Part shown: positions 39,312 through 50,700 of the stretch, piece after piece | Position numbering within the stretch: the first letter of the stretch is position 1 | Layout of the letters: each line of letters starts with the position of its first letter | NCBI GenBank assembly: GCA_963787125.1 | Contig: CAWBBV010000016.1 | Location: 194,798 to 258,797, forward strand | Origin: an uncultured delta proteobacterium | GTDB lineage: Bacteria; Desulfobacterota; Desulfuromonadia; Geobacterales; DSM-12255 | Length of the DNA stretch: 64,000 nt | Direction of reading: 5' to 3' | Notes under the pieces: model-generated | The model's input: the letters and a program-made list of their open reading frames with translations, nothing else | Database searches by the model: none | Told to the model about the DNA's origin: nothing | Translations under genes and position numbers: made by a program

Positions 39312-39406
39312 TTATCGCCACCGCGTCCAAGCTCTGAAAACAGAATACGTGTGCTAACAAAGTTAATTTGTGCTGGCAGTAATTTCTAACTTACTCAAAT
39401 ACAGCG

Positions 39407-39437
39407 AAGGGGGGTCACATACGGTGACCCCCCTTTT
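39407..39437 (+). terminator. Rho-independent terminator
   Basis: AAGGGGGGTCAC-loop-GTGACCCCCCTTTT downstream of dksA. Confidence 0.8.
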
Positions 39438-39568
39438 ACTTTGCCGCCAAAGCTGACCTTGCCAATCAAGCCGTTTTTCTTGCATATTTATTCAATTTCA
39501 GGTAGTTTTATTGTTTTTCTGCGTCTTCCTCTCACAGACAGGATAAAATAATTTCACTGGATAAAATA

Positions 39569-41212
39569 ATGCAACAGAGCAGAGCAGATCTTGCAGGGCA
39601 TAAGATACTGGGTTGGTTGTTGAACAATGAGTCTTCGGCAGCAGCAGTTATGATTGAAACTGCCCTGCGCCGCATTAATTCGCCGCTTTTCCTGACGATA
39701 AAGGATGGAGAACTCATTGCTGCAACTTCAGGCACAGCCCTTCTCAGCCCTGAAACTCCGGAGCAAGGGGCTGCACCCATCGTTGCCCATGCCGCCCCGG
39801 TTCGACCGGAACACCTCGGCGACCCTGGCTTTTGCGCAGAACTTGGCATCCGCTACGCCTACATCGGCGGCTCAATGGCCAAAGGGATCAGCTCGGCAGA
39901 AATAGCCGAAGAGCTCGGCCAGGCAGGAATGCTCGGCTTTTTCGGTGCTGCCGGCCTGCCGTTCCATGAGGTCGAAGCTGCGGCAGATCGTCTTTGCAAC
40001 TCTCCGGGCAATGTGCCTTTCGGTTTCAACCTGATTCACTCTCCCCATGAGCCTGACCTTGAAGACGCACTTGTCTCTCTTTACATCAAGAAAAATATCC
40101 GTCTGATAGAGGCGTCAGCCTTTCTCTCGCTTACCCTGACGCTGGTCCGCTACCGGCTTCACGGTCTCTGTCGTCTGCCTGACGGGACAATCCATGCCCC
40201 GAACCGGATTATTGCCAAAGTTTCCCGGGAAGAGCTGGCCGCAAGGTTCTTCTCCCCTCCACCGGAAAAGTTCCTCAAAGAGCTCCTTTCCCGCGGTGAG
40301 ATAACCCCGGAGCAGGCTAGCCTGGCAGCACGTATCCCCATGGCCCAGTATGTGACCGCCGAAGCCGACTCCGGCGGCCATACCGACAACCGTCCGGCAA
40401 TCGTCCTCTTCCCGACGATCAAGTCCCTGGCAGAGCGTCTGGGCAAAGAGCACGGCTATGACTGCCGGCTCATGGTCGGACTCGGGGGCGGGATATCCAC
40501 TCCGGCTTCCGCGGCGGCTGCGTTTGCCATGGGGGCTGCCTATATCATGACCGGCTCCGTCAATCAGGCCTGCGTAGAATCAGGAACTTCCGGCATCGTC
40601 CGGGAGATGCTGACCGAAACGCGGCAGGCTGATGTTACCATGGCTCCGGCCGCCGATATGTTCGAGATGGGGGTCACCGTCCAGGTACTGAAACGCGGCA
40701 CCATGTTCCCGATGCGGGCAGCAAAGCTTTACGATATCTACAAAAATTACGCCTCCCTGGAAGACATCCCTCCCCAGGAGCTGGAAAAGCTTGAAAAGAC
40801 CATGTTTCTCGCCCCTCTGACTGAGATTTGGCGGGATACCCGCGCCTTTTTCCTCAAACGTGACCCGAAACAGGTTGAGCGTGCCGAGCGCGAACCAAAG
40901 CATCTGATGGCACTGGTATTTCGCTGGTATCTCGGCCAGGCTGCCCACTGGGCAAAGGATGGCAACCCTGCCCGCAAAATGGACTACCAGGTCTGGGCTG
41001 GCCCCTCCATGGGTGCTTTTAACGAATGGGTGGCAGGCTCTTTTCTGGCAACGGCCGAAGAACGCAAAGTTGTCACAGTCGCCCGGAACATTCTTTATGG
41101 TGCAGCGCTCCTCTCAAGAGTTGCCATGCTCCGTTCCCAGGGGATTCATCTCCCTGCCGAAGCTGTAAAAATCACCCCGATTCAGGACAGAGAGCTGAAG
41201 GAGTACTTCTAG
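39569..41212 (+). CDS. pfaD: PfaD-family enoyl reductase
   Basis: GSMAKGISS, EASAF, EADSGGHTDNRP, TGSVNQ, MAPAADMFEMG, DYQVWAGP. Confidence 0.93.
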   Translation: MQQSRADLAGHKILGWLLNNESSAAAVMIETALRRINSPLFLTIKDGELIAATSGTALLSPETPEQGAAPIVAHAAPVRPEHLGDPGFCAELGIRYAYIGGSMAKGISSAEIAEELGQAGMLGFFGAAGLPFHEVEAAADRLCNSPGNVPFGFNLIHSPHEPDLEDALVSLYIKKNIRLIEASAFLSLTLTLVRYRLHGLCRLPDGTIHAPNRIIAKVSREELAARFFSPPPEKFLKELLSRGEITPEQASLAARIPMAQYVTAEADSGGHTDNRPAIVLFPTIKSLAERLGKEHGYDCRLMVGLGGGISTPASAAAAFAMGAAYIMTGSVNQACVESGTSGIVREMLTETRQADVTMAPAADMFEMGVTVQVLKRGTMFPMRAAKLYDIYKNYASLEDIPPQELEKLEKTMFLAPLTEIWRDTRAFFLKRDPKQVERAEREPKHLMALVFRWYLGQAAHWAKDGNPARKMDYQVWAGPSMGAFNEWVAGSFLATAEERKVVTVARNILYGAALLSRVAMLRSQGIHLPAEAVKITPIQDRELKEYF

Positions 41213-44200
41213 GTGAAAACTGACGATCTGAAAGCGGCTGAAGCGCAAGCCGGCAGCAAGCTTGCCATCATAGGCATAGGCTGCCTTTTCCCCGGGGCTG
41301 ATAATCAGGCCTCTTACTGGGCTAACATTCGTGAAGGCGTAGATGCCATCAGCGACATACCTGCAACTCACTGGAAACTTGCGGACTATCATAATCCGGA
41401 CCCCAAAGCGCCCGACCATACCTACGGACGTCGCGGCGGCTTCATCCCCCCTTTTCCGTTCAATCCGATGGAGTACAACATCCCCCCCAACACTCTGGAG
41501 GCGATCGACACATCCCAGCTTCTCGGCATGGTTGCTGCGGGACAGGCTCTCAAAGATGCCGGCTATGGCCCGGAAACCAGTTTCGACCGCAGTCGGATCA
41601 GCGTCATCCTGGGGGTAACCGGAGCGATGGAACTGGTAATCCCTCTCGGCGCACGGCTCGGCCACCCGATCTGGCGAAAAGCCCTCAAGGACGCCGGCAT
41701 AGATGATGCCGTGACCGAAGATGTCGTCCAGCGGATATCGGACAGCTACGTGCCGTGGCAGGAGAACTCATTCCCGGGACTTCTCGGCAATGTGGTTGCC
41801 GGACGGATAAGCAAACAGTTCGATCTCGGCGGCACAAACTGTGTTGTCGACGCTGCCTGCGCCAGTTCACTGAGCGCGCTCCACCTGGCAGGGCTGGAAC
41901 TTTCTTCGGGCAAGTCCGACATGGTTGTTACCGGCGGGATTGACACTTTTAACGACATCTTCATGTATATGTGTTTCAGCAAAACCCCGGCGCTCTCCCC
42001 CACAGGAGATGCCAAACCGTTTGATGCCAATGGCGACGGCACAATCCTGGGCGAGGGACTGGGACTGGTGGTCATCAAGCGCCTTGAAGATGCTGAACGC
42101 GACGGTGACCGGATCTATGCAGTCATCAAAGGGATCGGCTCATCAAGTGACGGCAAGGGTGACGCGATTTACGCTCCCAGTGCCGGTGGCCAGAAACGGG
42201 CCCTGCTCAATGCGTACAAAACTGCAGGTGTCTCTCCTGAAAGTATCGGCCTGCTTGAGGCTCACGGCACCGGTACCAAGGTCGGTGATGCCGTTGAAGT
42301 TTCCGCCCTCCGCGAAGTTTACGGTGAAGCAGAGCGACCCTGGTGCGCCCTCGGCTCGGTAAAGTCGCAGATCGGCCATACAAAAGCTGCTGCCGGAGCA
42401 GCCGGACTCATCAAGGCGGCCCTGGCACTGCACCACAAAATAATCCCGCCGACGATCAAGGTAGCAACACCCCTTGATGAAGTCACTCGCGGCAGCAGTC
42501 CCTTCTACATCTCCACAGAAAAACGCCCCTGGCTCCCCTATGACAATGCGCCGCGCCGCGCCGGTGTCAGTGCTTTCGGCTTCGGCGGTTCCAACTTTCA
42601 TACGGTTCTGGAAGAGTACAGCCCGCTGAAAACCGAGATTGACTGGAATGGCGACACCCAGATTATTCCTTTTTCCGCCGCATCACCGGCAGCGATTGAA
42701 AGCAGTCTGGGAGCGCTTGCCTCTGAATCCGGCTGGATCGCAATCCGCACATTCGCTGCCAGTGCCAGAAAAGCCTTTGACTGCACTGCCCAATGTCGTC
42801 TTGTCCTTGCTGTTGAACGTGACAAAACCGACCTTGGCGGCATGATTACCAATGCCATCTCCATGCTCAAGAGCAGACCTGTCGGCAACTGGAGCACTCC
42901 GGACGGCTCTTTCTACTCCTCGGTCGCCAAAAGCGGTAAAACCGCCGCCCTTTTCCCCGGACAAGGGAGTCAGTACACCGGCATGTTGCGGGATCTGGCC
43001 TGCGCCTTCCCCCAGGTCAGCACTGCCCTGACAGCAGCTGACAGCGGTCTCCTTTTCCCTGATAAATGCCGCCTGTCTGATCGGATCTATCCGATCTCTG
43101 ATTTCACCAAAGGTGCTGCCACTCGCAACGAAGAAAATCTCCGCGCAACCGATGCAGCTCAGCCCGCAATCGGCGCTGTCAGCATCGGCGCGCTGCGGAT
43201 GCTGGAAACATTCGGCTTTGCCGCCGATGCCGCCGCAGGGCACAGCTACGGTGAACTGACTGCGCTGTGCGCTTCAGGCTGCATTGATGAAACCGCCCTG
43301 CACAGTCTCTCCCGCCTGCGCGGCCGACTGATGGCAGGAGACGGTGGCGACAGAGGGGGAATGCTTGCTGTCCCGGCGCCGCTGGCTACGGTTGAAATGA
43401 TCATTGCCGAAGAAGGGCTCGACCTGGTAATTGCTAACCGCAACACCCCGGCACAGGCTGTCCTGTCAGGCAAAACCGCTGAGATTGACCGGGCCGCTGC
43501 AATTTTTGCCGCCAGAAACCTCCCCAGCAAAAAACTGCCTGTTGCCGCTGCCTTTCACAGTCCGCTGGTTGCTGACGCGGCTAAACCATTTTTTGCGGCC
43601 CTGGAGAATGTTGACTTTAAGCAAGGGAACATCCCGGTCTATGCCAACAGCACCGCGGCCCTTTACCCGGCCGATCCTTTGGCAGCAAAGGAGCTTCTTG
43701 CCGGGCAACTTGCCTCACCAGTGGAATTCGTCGCTGAAATAGAAGCGTTGTATGCGGCAGGCATTCGTACCTTTGTTGAGATCGGCCCCGGTGCCCGCCT
43801 GAGCGGCCTGGTAAAGGCAATACTCGGCGAGCGCGACCATCTGGCCGTCGCCCTTGACGCCTCCGGCGGCAAAAGATCCGGCCTGCTGGATCTGGCAAAA
43901 CTTATTGCCCAACTGGCAACCGCAGGGATCCAGCTCAACCTGGGAAAATGGGACGAAGGCTTTCAGCCGCTGCCGCTCTCAAAGAAACCGGCTATGACCA
44001 TACCGCTGTGCGGCGCAAACTATGTCCAGCCACGGCAGAAGAGAGCACCGGTTGCACCGGGGAAACCGGCATCCAGGGTTCAGGAGCCGGCAGTCAGAAC
44101 TTCAGAACCGCCAACACATTCTCTGCCTGCGTCCCGTGACGCTCTGAGCGAATCATTGCGGATGACCCGCGAAAGTATGACAATCCTCCAGAAGATGCAG

Positions 44201-47200
44201 GAGGATACAGCCCGGCTGCACAAGCAATTTCTCGAAGGACAGGAAGCCGCCGGCAGGACATTCCAGACTCTGCTGGAAAACCAGCAGCGACTGCTCATGG
44301 GCGGGGGAATCGCGCCGTTAGCAACAACATACTCGCCGGTCAGAGCAGAACAAGCTTCACCGGTAACCCCTCCAGCAGTTGTAACGCCCGTTCCGGCAGC
44401 CGCTGCCCCGGCCCCCTCAATCCCGGCACCCGGCAGCACCCAGGCAATCATTACTCCGGCAGCAACCAACACCGCGGCTGCCCTCCTTGCCGTTGTCAGC
44501 GAGAAGACCGGTTATCCGGTGGAGATGCTCGACCTTGACATGGGACTTGACGCCGATCTCGGCATCGATTCAATCAAGCGGGTGGAGATCCTCTCCGCTA
44601 TTCAGGAACGACTCCCCAATGCGCCGCTCATCGGCCCGGAACATCTCGGCAGTCTCCAGACTCTCGGCGAAATTGCCGCGTTCCTCGGAGCGTCAGACCA
44701 GATAACCCCTGTGCTGCCGGTAACGCCCGGCGCCCCGACTGTCGACACAGCTGCCGCCCTCCTGGCAGTTGTCAGTGAAAAAACCGGCTATCCGGTAGAA
44801 ATGCTCGACCTTGACATGGGACTTGACGCCGATCTCGGCATCGATTCAATCAAACGGGTGGAGATCCTTTCCGCCATCCAGGAACGACTCCCCGGCGCGC
44901 CGCTGATCGGGCCTGAGCACCTCGGCAGTCTCCAGACCCTGGGCGAAATCGCCGCTTTTCTCGGCGCAGGAATGCCGGTGGCAACTACTGCAGCGACTGC
45001 CACTGCTATCCCGGCAGACAGTGTGGACACTGCCGCCGCTCTCCTCGCTGTTGTCAGTGAAAAAACCGGCTATCCGGTAGAAATGCTCGACCTTGACATG
45101 GGACTTGATTCTGATCTTGGCATCGATTCGATCAAACGGGTGGAGATCCTCTCCGCCATTCAGGAAAGACTCCCGAATGCCCCGCTGATCGGGCCGGAGC
45201 ATCTCGGCAGTCTCCAGACTCTTGGCGAAATCGCCGCTTTTCTTGGCGCTGCACCCGCTGCAACGCCGAAACTTCCCCTAAGCCCTGTTGCCGCAGAGAC
45301 AGTCACTACCGAAGCGACTCATCAGCAGGAGGCGCTTCCCCCTGCGACCTATATAAAACGCAGCGCCCTCGTCCACAAGCTGATTGAAAACGTCTCCACT
45401 GAAACGCTGACGCTCCTGACTGGTGGAGAAATACTTATTACCGACGACGGTTCACACCTGGCCGCCCAGCTATTTTCCCAGTTTCAGGAACAGGGGTTTT
45501 CTGCCCGCCTGATAGCGGCAGATGATGATAAGGAGATTTTTTCTTCCGCCAAACTGTCCGGCCTGATCATTATCGCCCCAAAAGGGGGGACTGATGACCG
45601 CTTCCTGGAAAGCGCCTTTCTTCTTCTGAAAAGGGCTGCTCCGGCACTCCGCCAGGCCGGCGAGCTGGAAGGGGCGCTTTTTGCCACAGTCTCAAGACTT
45701 GATGGTGCCTTCGGCTGCCTTGAAGGCTCAACATTGGCAGATCCACTTTCAGGCGGACTTGCAGGGCTGGTCAAAACAGCGGCAGCAGAATGGCCCGAAG
45801 TCACTTGCCGGGCGCTTGATCTGGGCGATTTCACTGCGACGGAAACAGCTGCAGCCGCAATAGTCGCCGAACTTCTGACAAAAGGGGCAACAGAGACCGG
45901 TCTCTCGGCTGACGGCAGGACAGCGTTGACTCTGGTTGACCTTCCTGCGGCGCCCACACCTGCCTGGTATCCTGTCGGTGAAGGTGATGTCGTCGTCATA
46001 ACCGGCGGCGGTCGCGGGGTCACAGCCTCTGCTGCAGTCGCGCTTACCAACGCCTGTCACCCGACACTGCTGCTCCTGGGCAGAAGTCCTGAACCGGCGG
46101 CGGAACCTGACTGGCTGACTGACCTCGTCGAAGAACCACGGATTAAGCGGGCGATCCTGGAAAATGCCGGCGGAAAACTGCATCCGAAAGAGATTGAAGA
46201 GCGCTATCAGCAGGTTATCGCCGGCCGGGAGCTGAAAGGAACTTTTGCCAAGATAGCTGCTGCCGGCGGTAAAGCTATCTATCGGGCCGTTGATATCAGA
46301 AACAGTGCCGAAGTTGCAGCGCTCCTTACAGAGATCCGCGCCGAATACGGCCCTATCCGCGGCATTATCCATGGCGCCGGCGTGCTTGCCGACAGACTGA
46401 TTACCGAAAAGTCCCGTGAACAGTTCGCCGCTGTCTATGGCACGAAAGTTTCCGGCCTGCGATCACTCTTTGCCGCCACAGTCGAAGATGACTTGCGCTT
46501 CATCGCTCTTTTTTCATCAACAACCGGCAGATTCGGCAGGACCGGGCAGGTGGATTACGCCGTTGCCAATGAAGTACTCAACAAGCTTGCTCAGGATGAA
46601 GCGCGCCGCCGACCCGGCTGCCGGACGGTCAGCATCAACTGGGGCCCGTGGGACGGCGGCATGGTAACTCCCGCCCTCAAAAAACTTTTTGCCGGAGAGG
46701 GAATCGGGCTTATCGGCCTGGAGGAGGGTGGCGATTTCCTTGTCCGGGAGATAGCCGCAACTGACGCACCCGTCGAGATTATCGCCCTGGCGGAAACTTC
46801 AGCCGGACCGGCACTGCCGTCGCAGTCAAAAACCCGCAGCATGACTGAAGCTCTGGCCATCTCGCTCAACGTGGACGATTACCCGTTCCTCCGCTCCCAT
46901 GTCCTCGACGGCAAGGCGGTTTTGCCAATGGCAGTCATTGCCGAGTGGCTGGCCCACGCAGCACTCCATGGCAACCCCGGCCTGCGTTTCCACGGTTTTA
47001 ACGACCTGCGTATCTGCAAAGGGGTAGTGTTTGAACAGGAAAAGAGCTGTAAACTGACCGTAATGGCGGGCAAAGCCGAAAAACGCGACTCCTTCTATCT
47101 TGTCCCGGTAGAACTGACCGGTGTAAACGGCGGTAGCAGGTCACTCCTCCACGCCAAAGCCGAGATAGTCCTTGCCACCCGACTGCCGGAAGGGATCCGC

Positions 47201-47725
47201 TCTATCAAGGAGATACCGGCGGAGCCTTACGTACTGCATAACGGCAGAATATATGACAAGGAAAGGCTCTTTCACGGGCCTGACCTGCACGGCATTGAAA
47301 CTGTCAGCGGTTGCTCGGAAAAAGGGATTGCCGCACTGGTAAAGAGAGCGCCAAATCCTTCTGCCTGGCTTAAAAAACCGCTCCGGAGCAGTTGGCTCAC
47401 CGACCCGCTGGCCCTTGATTCCGCCTTCCAGATGATGATCCTCTGGAGTTTCGAGAGGTTTGGTTCCGGCTCCCTCCCCTGTTTTGCCGGCCGCTACCGC
47501 CAGTTCCAGGAAGCTTTCCCCAGAGAGGGTGTGCAGATCGTCATTAAAATAACTGACGAACGGCAACATGGCGCCCATGCTGACATTGAGTTTCTTGATC
47601 GCCACAGCGGCAAACTGGTCGCCAGACTTGAAGATTACGAATGTGTGGTCGATCCATCCCTCGGCGTGGCGTTCCAGCGCAACCAACTTGAACAGCCGGG
47701 CAGATCAGGCAGAGGGGCTCTTTAA
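41213..47725 (+). CDS. pfaA: PfaA-like iterative PKS: KS-MAT-ACPx3-KR-DH
   Basis: DAACAS, EAHGTGT, GHTK; FPGQG, GHSYG; 3x LGIDSIKRVEIL; TGGGRG, HGAG, Y..AN; H..DG..VLP. Confidence 0.93.
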   Translation: MKTDDLKAAEAQAGSKLAIIGIGCLFPGADNQASYWANIREGVDAISDIPATHWKLADYHNPDPKAPDHTYGRRGGFIPPFPFNPMEYNIPPNTLEAIDTSQLLGMVAAGQALKDAGYGPETSFDRSRISVILGVTGAMELVIPLGARLGHPIWRKALKDAGIDDAVTEDVVQRISDSYVPWQENSFPGLLGNVVAGRISKQFDLGGTNCVVDAACASSLSALHLAGLELSSGKSDMVVTGGIDTFNDIFMYMCFSKTPALSPTGDAKPFDANGDGTILGEGLGLVVIKRLEDAERDGDRIYAVIKGIGSSSDGKGDAIYAPSAGGQKRALLNAYKTAGVSPESIGLLEAHGTGTKVGDAVEVSALREVYGEAERPWCALGSVKSQIGHTKAAAGAAGLIKAALALHHKIIPPTIKVATPLDEVTRGSSPFYISTEKRPWLPYDNAPRRAGVSAFGFGGSNFHTVLEEYSPLKTEIDWNGDTQIIPFSAASPAAIESSLGALASESGWIAIRTFAASARKAFDCTAQCRLVLAVERDKTDLGGMITNAISMLKSRPVGNWSTPDGSFYSSVAKSGKTAALFPGQGSQYTGMLRDLACAFPQVSTALTAADSGLLFPDKCRLSDRIYPISDFTKGAATRNEENLRATDAAQPAIGAVSIGALRMLETFGFAADAAAGHSYGELTALCASGCIDETALHSLSRLRGRLMAGDGGDRGGMLAVPAPLATVEMIIAEEGLDLVIANRNTPAQAVLSGKTAEIDRAAAIFAARNLPSKKLPVAAAFHSPLVADAAKPFFAALENVDFKQGNIPVYANSTAALYPADPLAAKELLAGQLASPVEFVAEIEALYAAGIRTFVEIGPGARLSGLVKAILGERDHLAVALDASGGKRSGLLDLAKLIAQLATAGIQLNLGKWDEGFQPLPLSKKPAMTIPLCGANYVQPRQKRAPVAPGKPASRVQEPAVRTSEPPTHSLPASRDALSESLRMTRESMTILQKMQEDTARLHKQFLEGQEAAGRTFQTLLENQQRLLMGGGIAPLATTYSPVRAEQASPVTPPAVVTPVPAAAAPAPSIPAPGSTQAIITPAATNTAAALLAVVSEKTGYPVEMLDLDMGLDADLGIDSIKRVEILSAIQERLPNAPLIGPEHLGSLQTLGEIAAFLGASDQITPVLPVTPGAPTVDTAAALLAVVSEKTGYPVEMLDLDMGLDADLGIDSIKRVEILSAIQERLPGAPLIGPEHLGSLQTLGEIAAFLGAGMPVATTAATATAIPADSVDTAAALLAVVSEKTGYPVEMLDLDMGLDSDLGIDSIKRVEILSAIQERLPNAPLIGPEHLGSLQTLGEIAAFLGAAPAATPKLPLSPVAAETVTTEATHQQEALPPATYIKRSALVHKLIENVSTETLTLLTGGEILITDDGSHLAAQLFSQFQEQGFSARLIAADDDKEIFSSAKLSGLIIIAPKGGTDDRFLESAFLLLKRAAPALRQAGELEGALFATVSRLDGAFGCLEGSTLADPLSGGLAGLVKTAAAEWPEVTCRALDLGDFTATETAAAAIVAELLTKGATETGLSADGRTALTLVDLPAAPTPAWYPVGEGDVVVITGGGRGVTASAAVALTNACHPTLLLLGRSPEPAAEPDWLTDLVEEPRIKRAILENAGGKLHPKEIEERYQQVIAGRELKGTFAKIAAAGGKAIYRAVDIRNSAEVAALLTEIRAEYGPIRGIIHGAGVLADRLITEKSREQFAAVYGTKVSGLRSLFAATVEDDLRFIALFSSTTGRFGRTGQVDYAVANEVLNKLAQDEARRRPGCRTVSINWGPWDGGMVTPALKKLFAGEGIGLIGLEEGGDFLVREIAATDAPVEIIALAETSAGPALPSQSKTRSMTEALAISLNVDDYPFLRSHVLDGKAVLPMAVIAEWLAHAALHGNPGLRFHGFNDLRICKGVVFEQEKSCKLTVMAGKAEKRDSFYLVPVELTGVNGGSRSLLHAKAEIVLATRLPEGIRSIKEIPAEPYVLHNGRIYDKERLFHGPDLHGIETVSGCSEKGIAALVKRAPNPSAWLKKPLRSSWLTDPLALDSAFQMMILWSFERFGSGSLPCFAGRYRQFQEAFPREGVQIVIKITDERQHGAHADIEFLDRHSGKLVARLEDYECVVDPSLGVAFQRNQLEQPGRSGRGAL
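44468..45250 (+). repeat. Three near-identical ~220-bp ACP-coding repeats
   Basis: AALLAVVSEKTGYPVEMLDLDMGLD(A/S)DLGIDSIKRVEIL x3, separated by Ala/Pro/Thr linkers. Confidence 0.92.
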
Positions 47726-47764
47726 CAGCATGCGTAATTCCGCTACCGCGCCAACCTGTTACCC

Positions 47765-50700
47765 ATGACAGCCCCTTCTAATCGCGCTTTCGGCTCGGTG
47801 GCAATCGTCGGGATCGGCGGCATCTACCCTGATGCCCCTGATCTGGATCGTTTCTGGAAAAATATCCAGAGCGGGCACTCAGCGGCCCGTGAAGTCCCGC
47901 CGGACCGATGGTCAATACCGCCGGAGCAGGCGTTCTCCCCTGAAATCGCTGCAAAAGACAAAGTCTATTCAAAACGCGGCTGCTTCATCAGCGCCATTCC
48001 CCGGCCGACTCCGCTCCCCGGTCTTTCTCCCGAACCACGGATACCTGCCGGCCTCGATCCGCTCTTTCAGCTGCTCCTGTACGCCGGCAAACAGGCATTT
48101 ACCGATGGCATCACCACACCTCTTGACCGGTCAAGAATCGGAGTAATAATCGGCAATCTTGCCCTGCCGACGGAGAAAGCCTCACTCTACTCACGGGAAG
48201 TTCTCGGCAGGACCTTTGAAGAAAAACTCCTGGGGAAAAGTCGCCTTAAAAGCTCCACCGAACCGCTCAACCGTTATGTGGCCGGTCTGCCCGCAGGACT
48301 GCTCGCTTACAGCCTCGGCCTTGGCGGCGGCAGCTGCACCCTTGACGCGGCCTGTGCCTCGTCACTTTACGCCATAAAACTGGCAGCTGACGAACTCCTT
48401 GCCGGACGCGTTGATGCCATGCTCTCCGGCGGAGTATCCCGTCCTGACCCGCTCTACACCCAGATGGGCTTTTCCCAGCTGCGCGCACTGTCAAAGCGGG
48501 GCATCTGCTCTCCTTTTGATGCCGCCGGTGATGGCCTTGTTGTCGGCGAGGGCGCCGGCATCTTCCTGTTAAAGCGCACTGAAGACGCCATCGCCCACGG
48601 CGACCGTATTTACGGCATCATCCGCGGGGCAGGCCTTGCCAACGATGTCGGCGGGAGCCTCCTGGCACCGATGTCCGAAGGGCAGCTGCGCGCCATGCGT
48701 CAGGCGTATGCGGTTGCCGGCTGGCAACCGTCAGACCTGGATCTGATCGAATGTCATGCCACCGGCACCCCGGTGGGCGACGCCACTGAAGTAGCAAGTC
48801 TCCGCGAGCTCTGGAGCAGCGAGCCGGCAACCGGTCGCACCTGTGTGCTCGGTTCGGTAAAATCCAATATCGGCCATCTCCTGACGGCCGCCGGGGCCGC
48901 TGCGCTCACCAAGGTTCTGCTGGCCATGCGTGCCGGGGTTCTGCCACCGACAGCCGGTTTCAACTCCCCTCAGGCAGCAATGGATCTTGATAACAGCCCC
49001 TTCAGGGTTCTGCAGGAAGCTCAGCCCTGGGTACGGCGTGGCGACGGTATCCCCCGCCGGGCAGCGGTCAGTGCTTTCGGTTTTGGCGGCATCAATGCCC
49101 ACCTCCTGGTAGAGGAGTGGTTACCCGAGATGGCAGATATCGGCGAAACCATCGCTGTTGCCCACAACTGGCTCCCGGCAACGGAGGGGAATCGCCCAAA
49201 AGGTGCTGAAAGCAGCGGCACGGAGATCGCAGTTATCGGCATGGATGCCCGCTTCAGCTCCCGCGAATCGCTGCGCAGCTTTCAGGAGAGTACCTTTGCC
49301 GGGGCCGATCCGGCAATAGTCCCGCAAGCGCCTCATCATTGGTGGGGTGCAGAGAATTCGGAATGGTTCAAAACGGAAAAGCTGGCCGATACCGACTTCA
49401 AAGGTTATTACCGGAACGAAGTTTCCCTGCCGGCTGATCAGTTCAGGATACCGCCGCTGGAACTGCAGGAGATGCTCCCCCAGCAGCTGCTGATGCTTAA
49501 GAGCGCTGCCGCCGCCCTTGAGGATGCCGGGCTGGATCGTAATGGCAATCTCAATACCGGAGTATTCATCGGCATTGCCCTGGACCTGAACAGCACCAAC
49601 TTCAGCCTCCGCTGGGCAGTTCCCGACAAAGTTCAAGCCTGGAGCAGCGAACTTGGTGTCGAGCTGTCCGGCGAAGAACGTGCCGAATGGACGGAAAAGC
49701 TGATGGATGCCGTCTCACCCCCTCTTAGCGCCAATCGGACCATGGGAGCCCTGGGCAATATTGTCGCCAGCCGGATTGCCCGGGAATTCAGATGTGGCGG
49801 CCCGAGTTTCACCTTATCAAGTGAAGAGAGCTCCGGAATCCGTTCCCTGGCTGCCGCGGTCAGACTGCTCCGCAAAGGCGAAATCGACCGCGCCGTTGTC
49901 GGCGCTGTCGATCTTGCCGGCGACCTCCGCGCAGCACTTGGTCATCATGATAGCCGGCCGTTATCGAAAACCGGAGTTTCCCGGCCGTTTGCCAAAGACG
50001 CCGACGGCAGCTTTATTGGCGAAGGGGCGGCAACGGTTATCCTGAAGCGGCTTGAAGATGCCAAGGCCGATGGCGACAGAATCTATGCGGTCATCAAAGG
50101 GATCGGCCTGGCCGGCGGTCAGCTTGTCACCCCCGACGCAGCTGCCTATGGCGCTTCTCTGGTCCGCGCCTGTGCAGATGCCGGCATTGCCGCTACGGCC
50201 ATTGATTTCATGGAAACACACGGCAGTGGCTACCCACCTGACGACAGAATGGAACTGACCGCCCTCAATGAGGTTTTCTGTAACAGCGAACCGCTGAATC
50301 CCCTGGAGCAGAACGAGCGGCGCACAGCTCTCGGCGCCCTCAAAGGGGTCATTGGTCACTGCGGCGCCGCCTCAGGCCTGGCATCATTTGTGCGTGCCTC
50401 CCTTGCCCTTTATCAGGAGATTATTCCGGCTTCAGGGAAAGTAATTTCACCCCTTGATGCCCTCGAAACAGACGGGCCTTTCTTCCTCCCGGCAGAACCC
50501 AGATACTGGCTCAGAAATCGCGCTGCCGGACCGCGTCACGCCGGCATCGCCACTTTTGGCGTGGACGGCGCCTGCGCCCATGTCATCCTGGCAGGAGAAG
50601 ACGAACAGCCGAAACGCTTTGAAGCAGAGCGTATCACCCCCTTAGACACAGGGTCTGAGTTCCTTTTTGTCCTGCCGGGCGCCGACCGCGTTGCAATTGC

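Noticed and set aside
39312..39440. Possible sRNA between dksA and its terminator
   Set aside because: No recognisable family features; most simply a 3' UTR
44468..45250. Near-identical repeats as DGR TR/VR
   Set aside because: They are in-frame tandem ACP domains with mostly synonymous differences, and no reverse transcriptase is present
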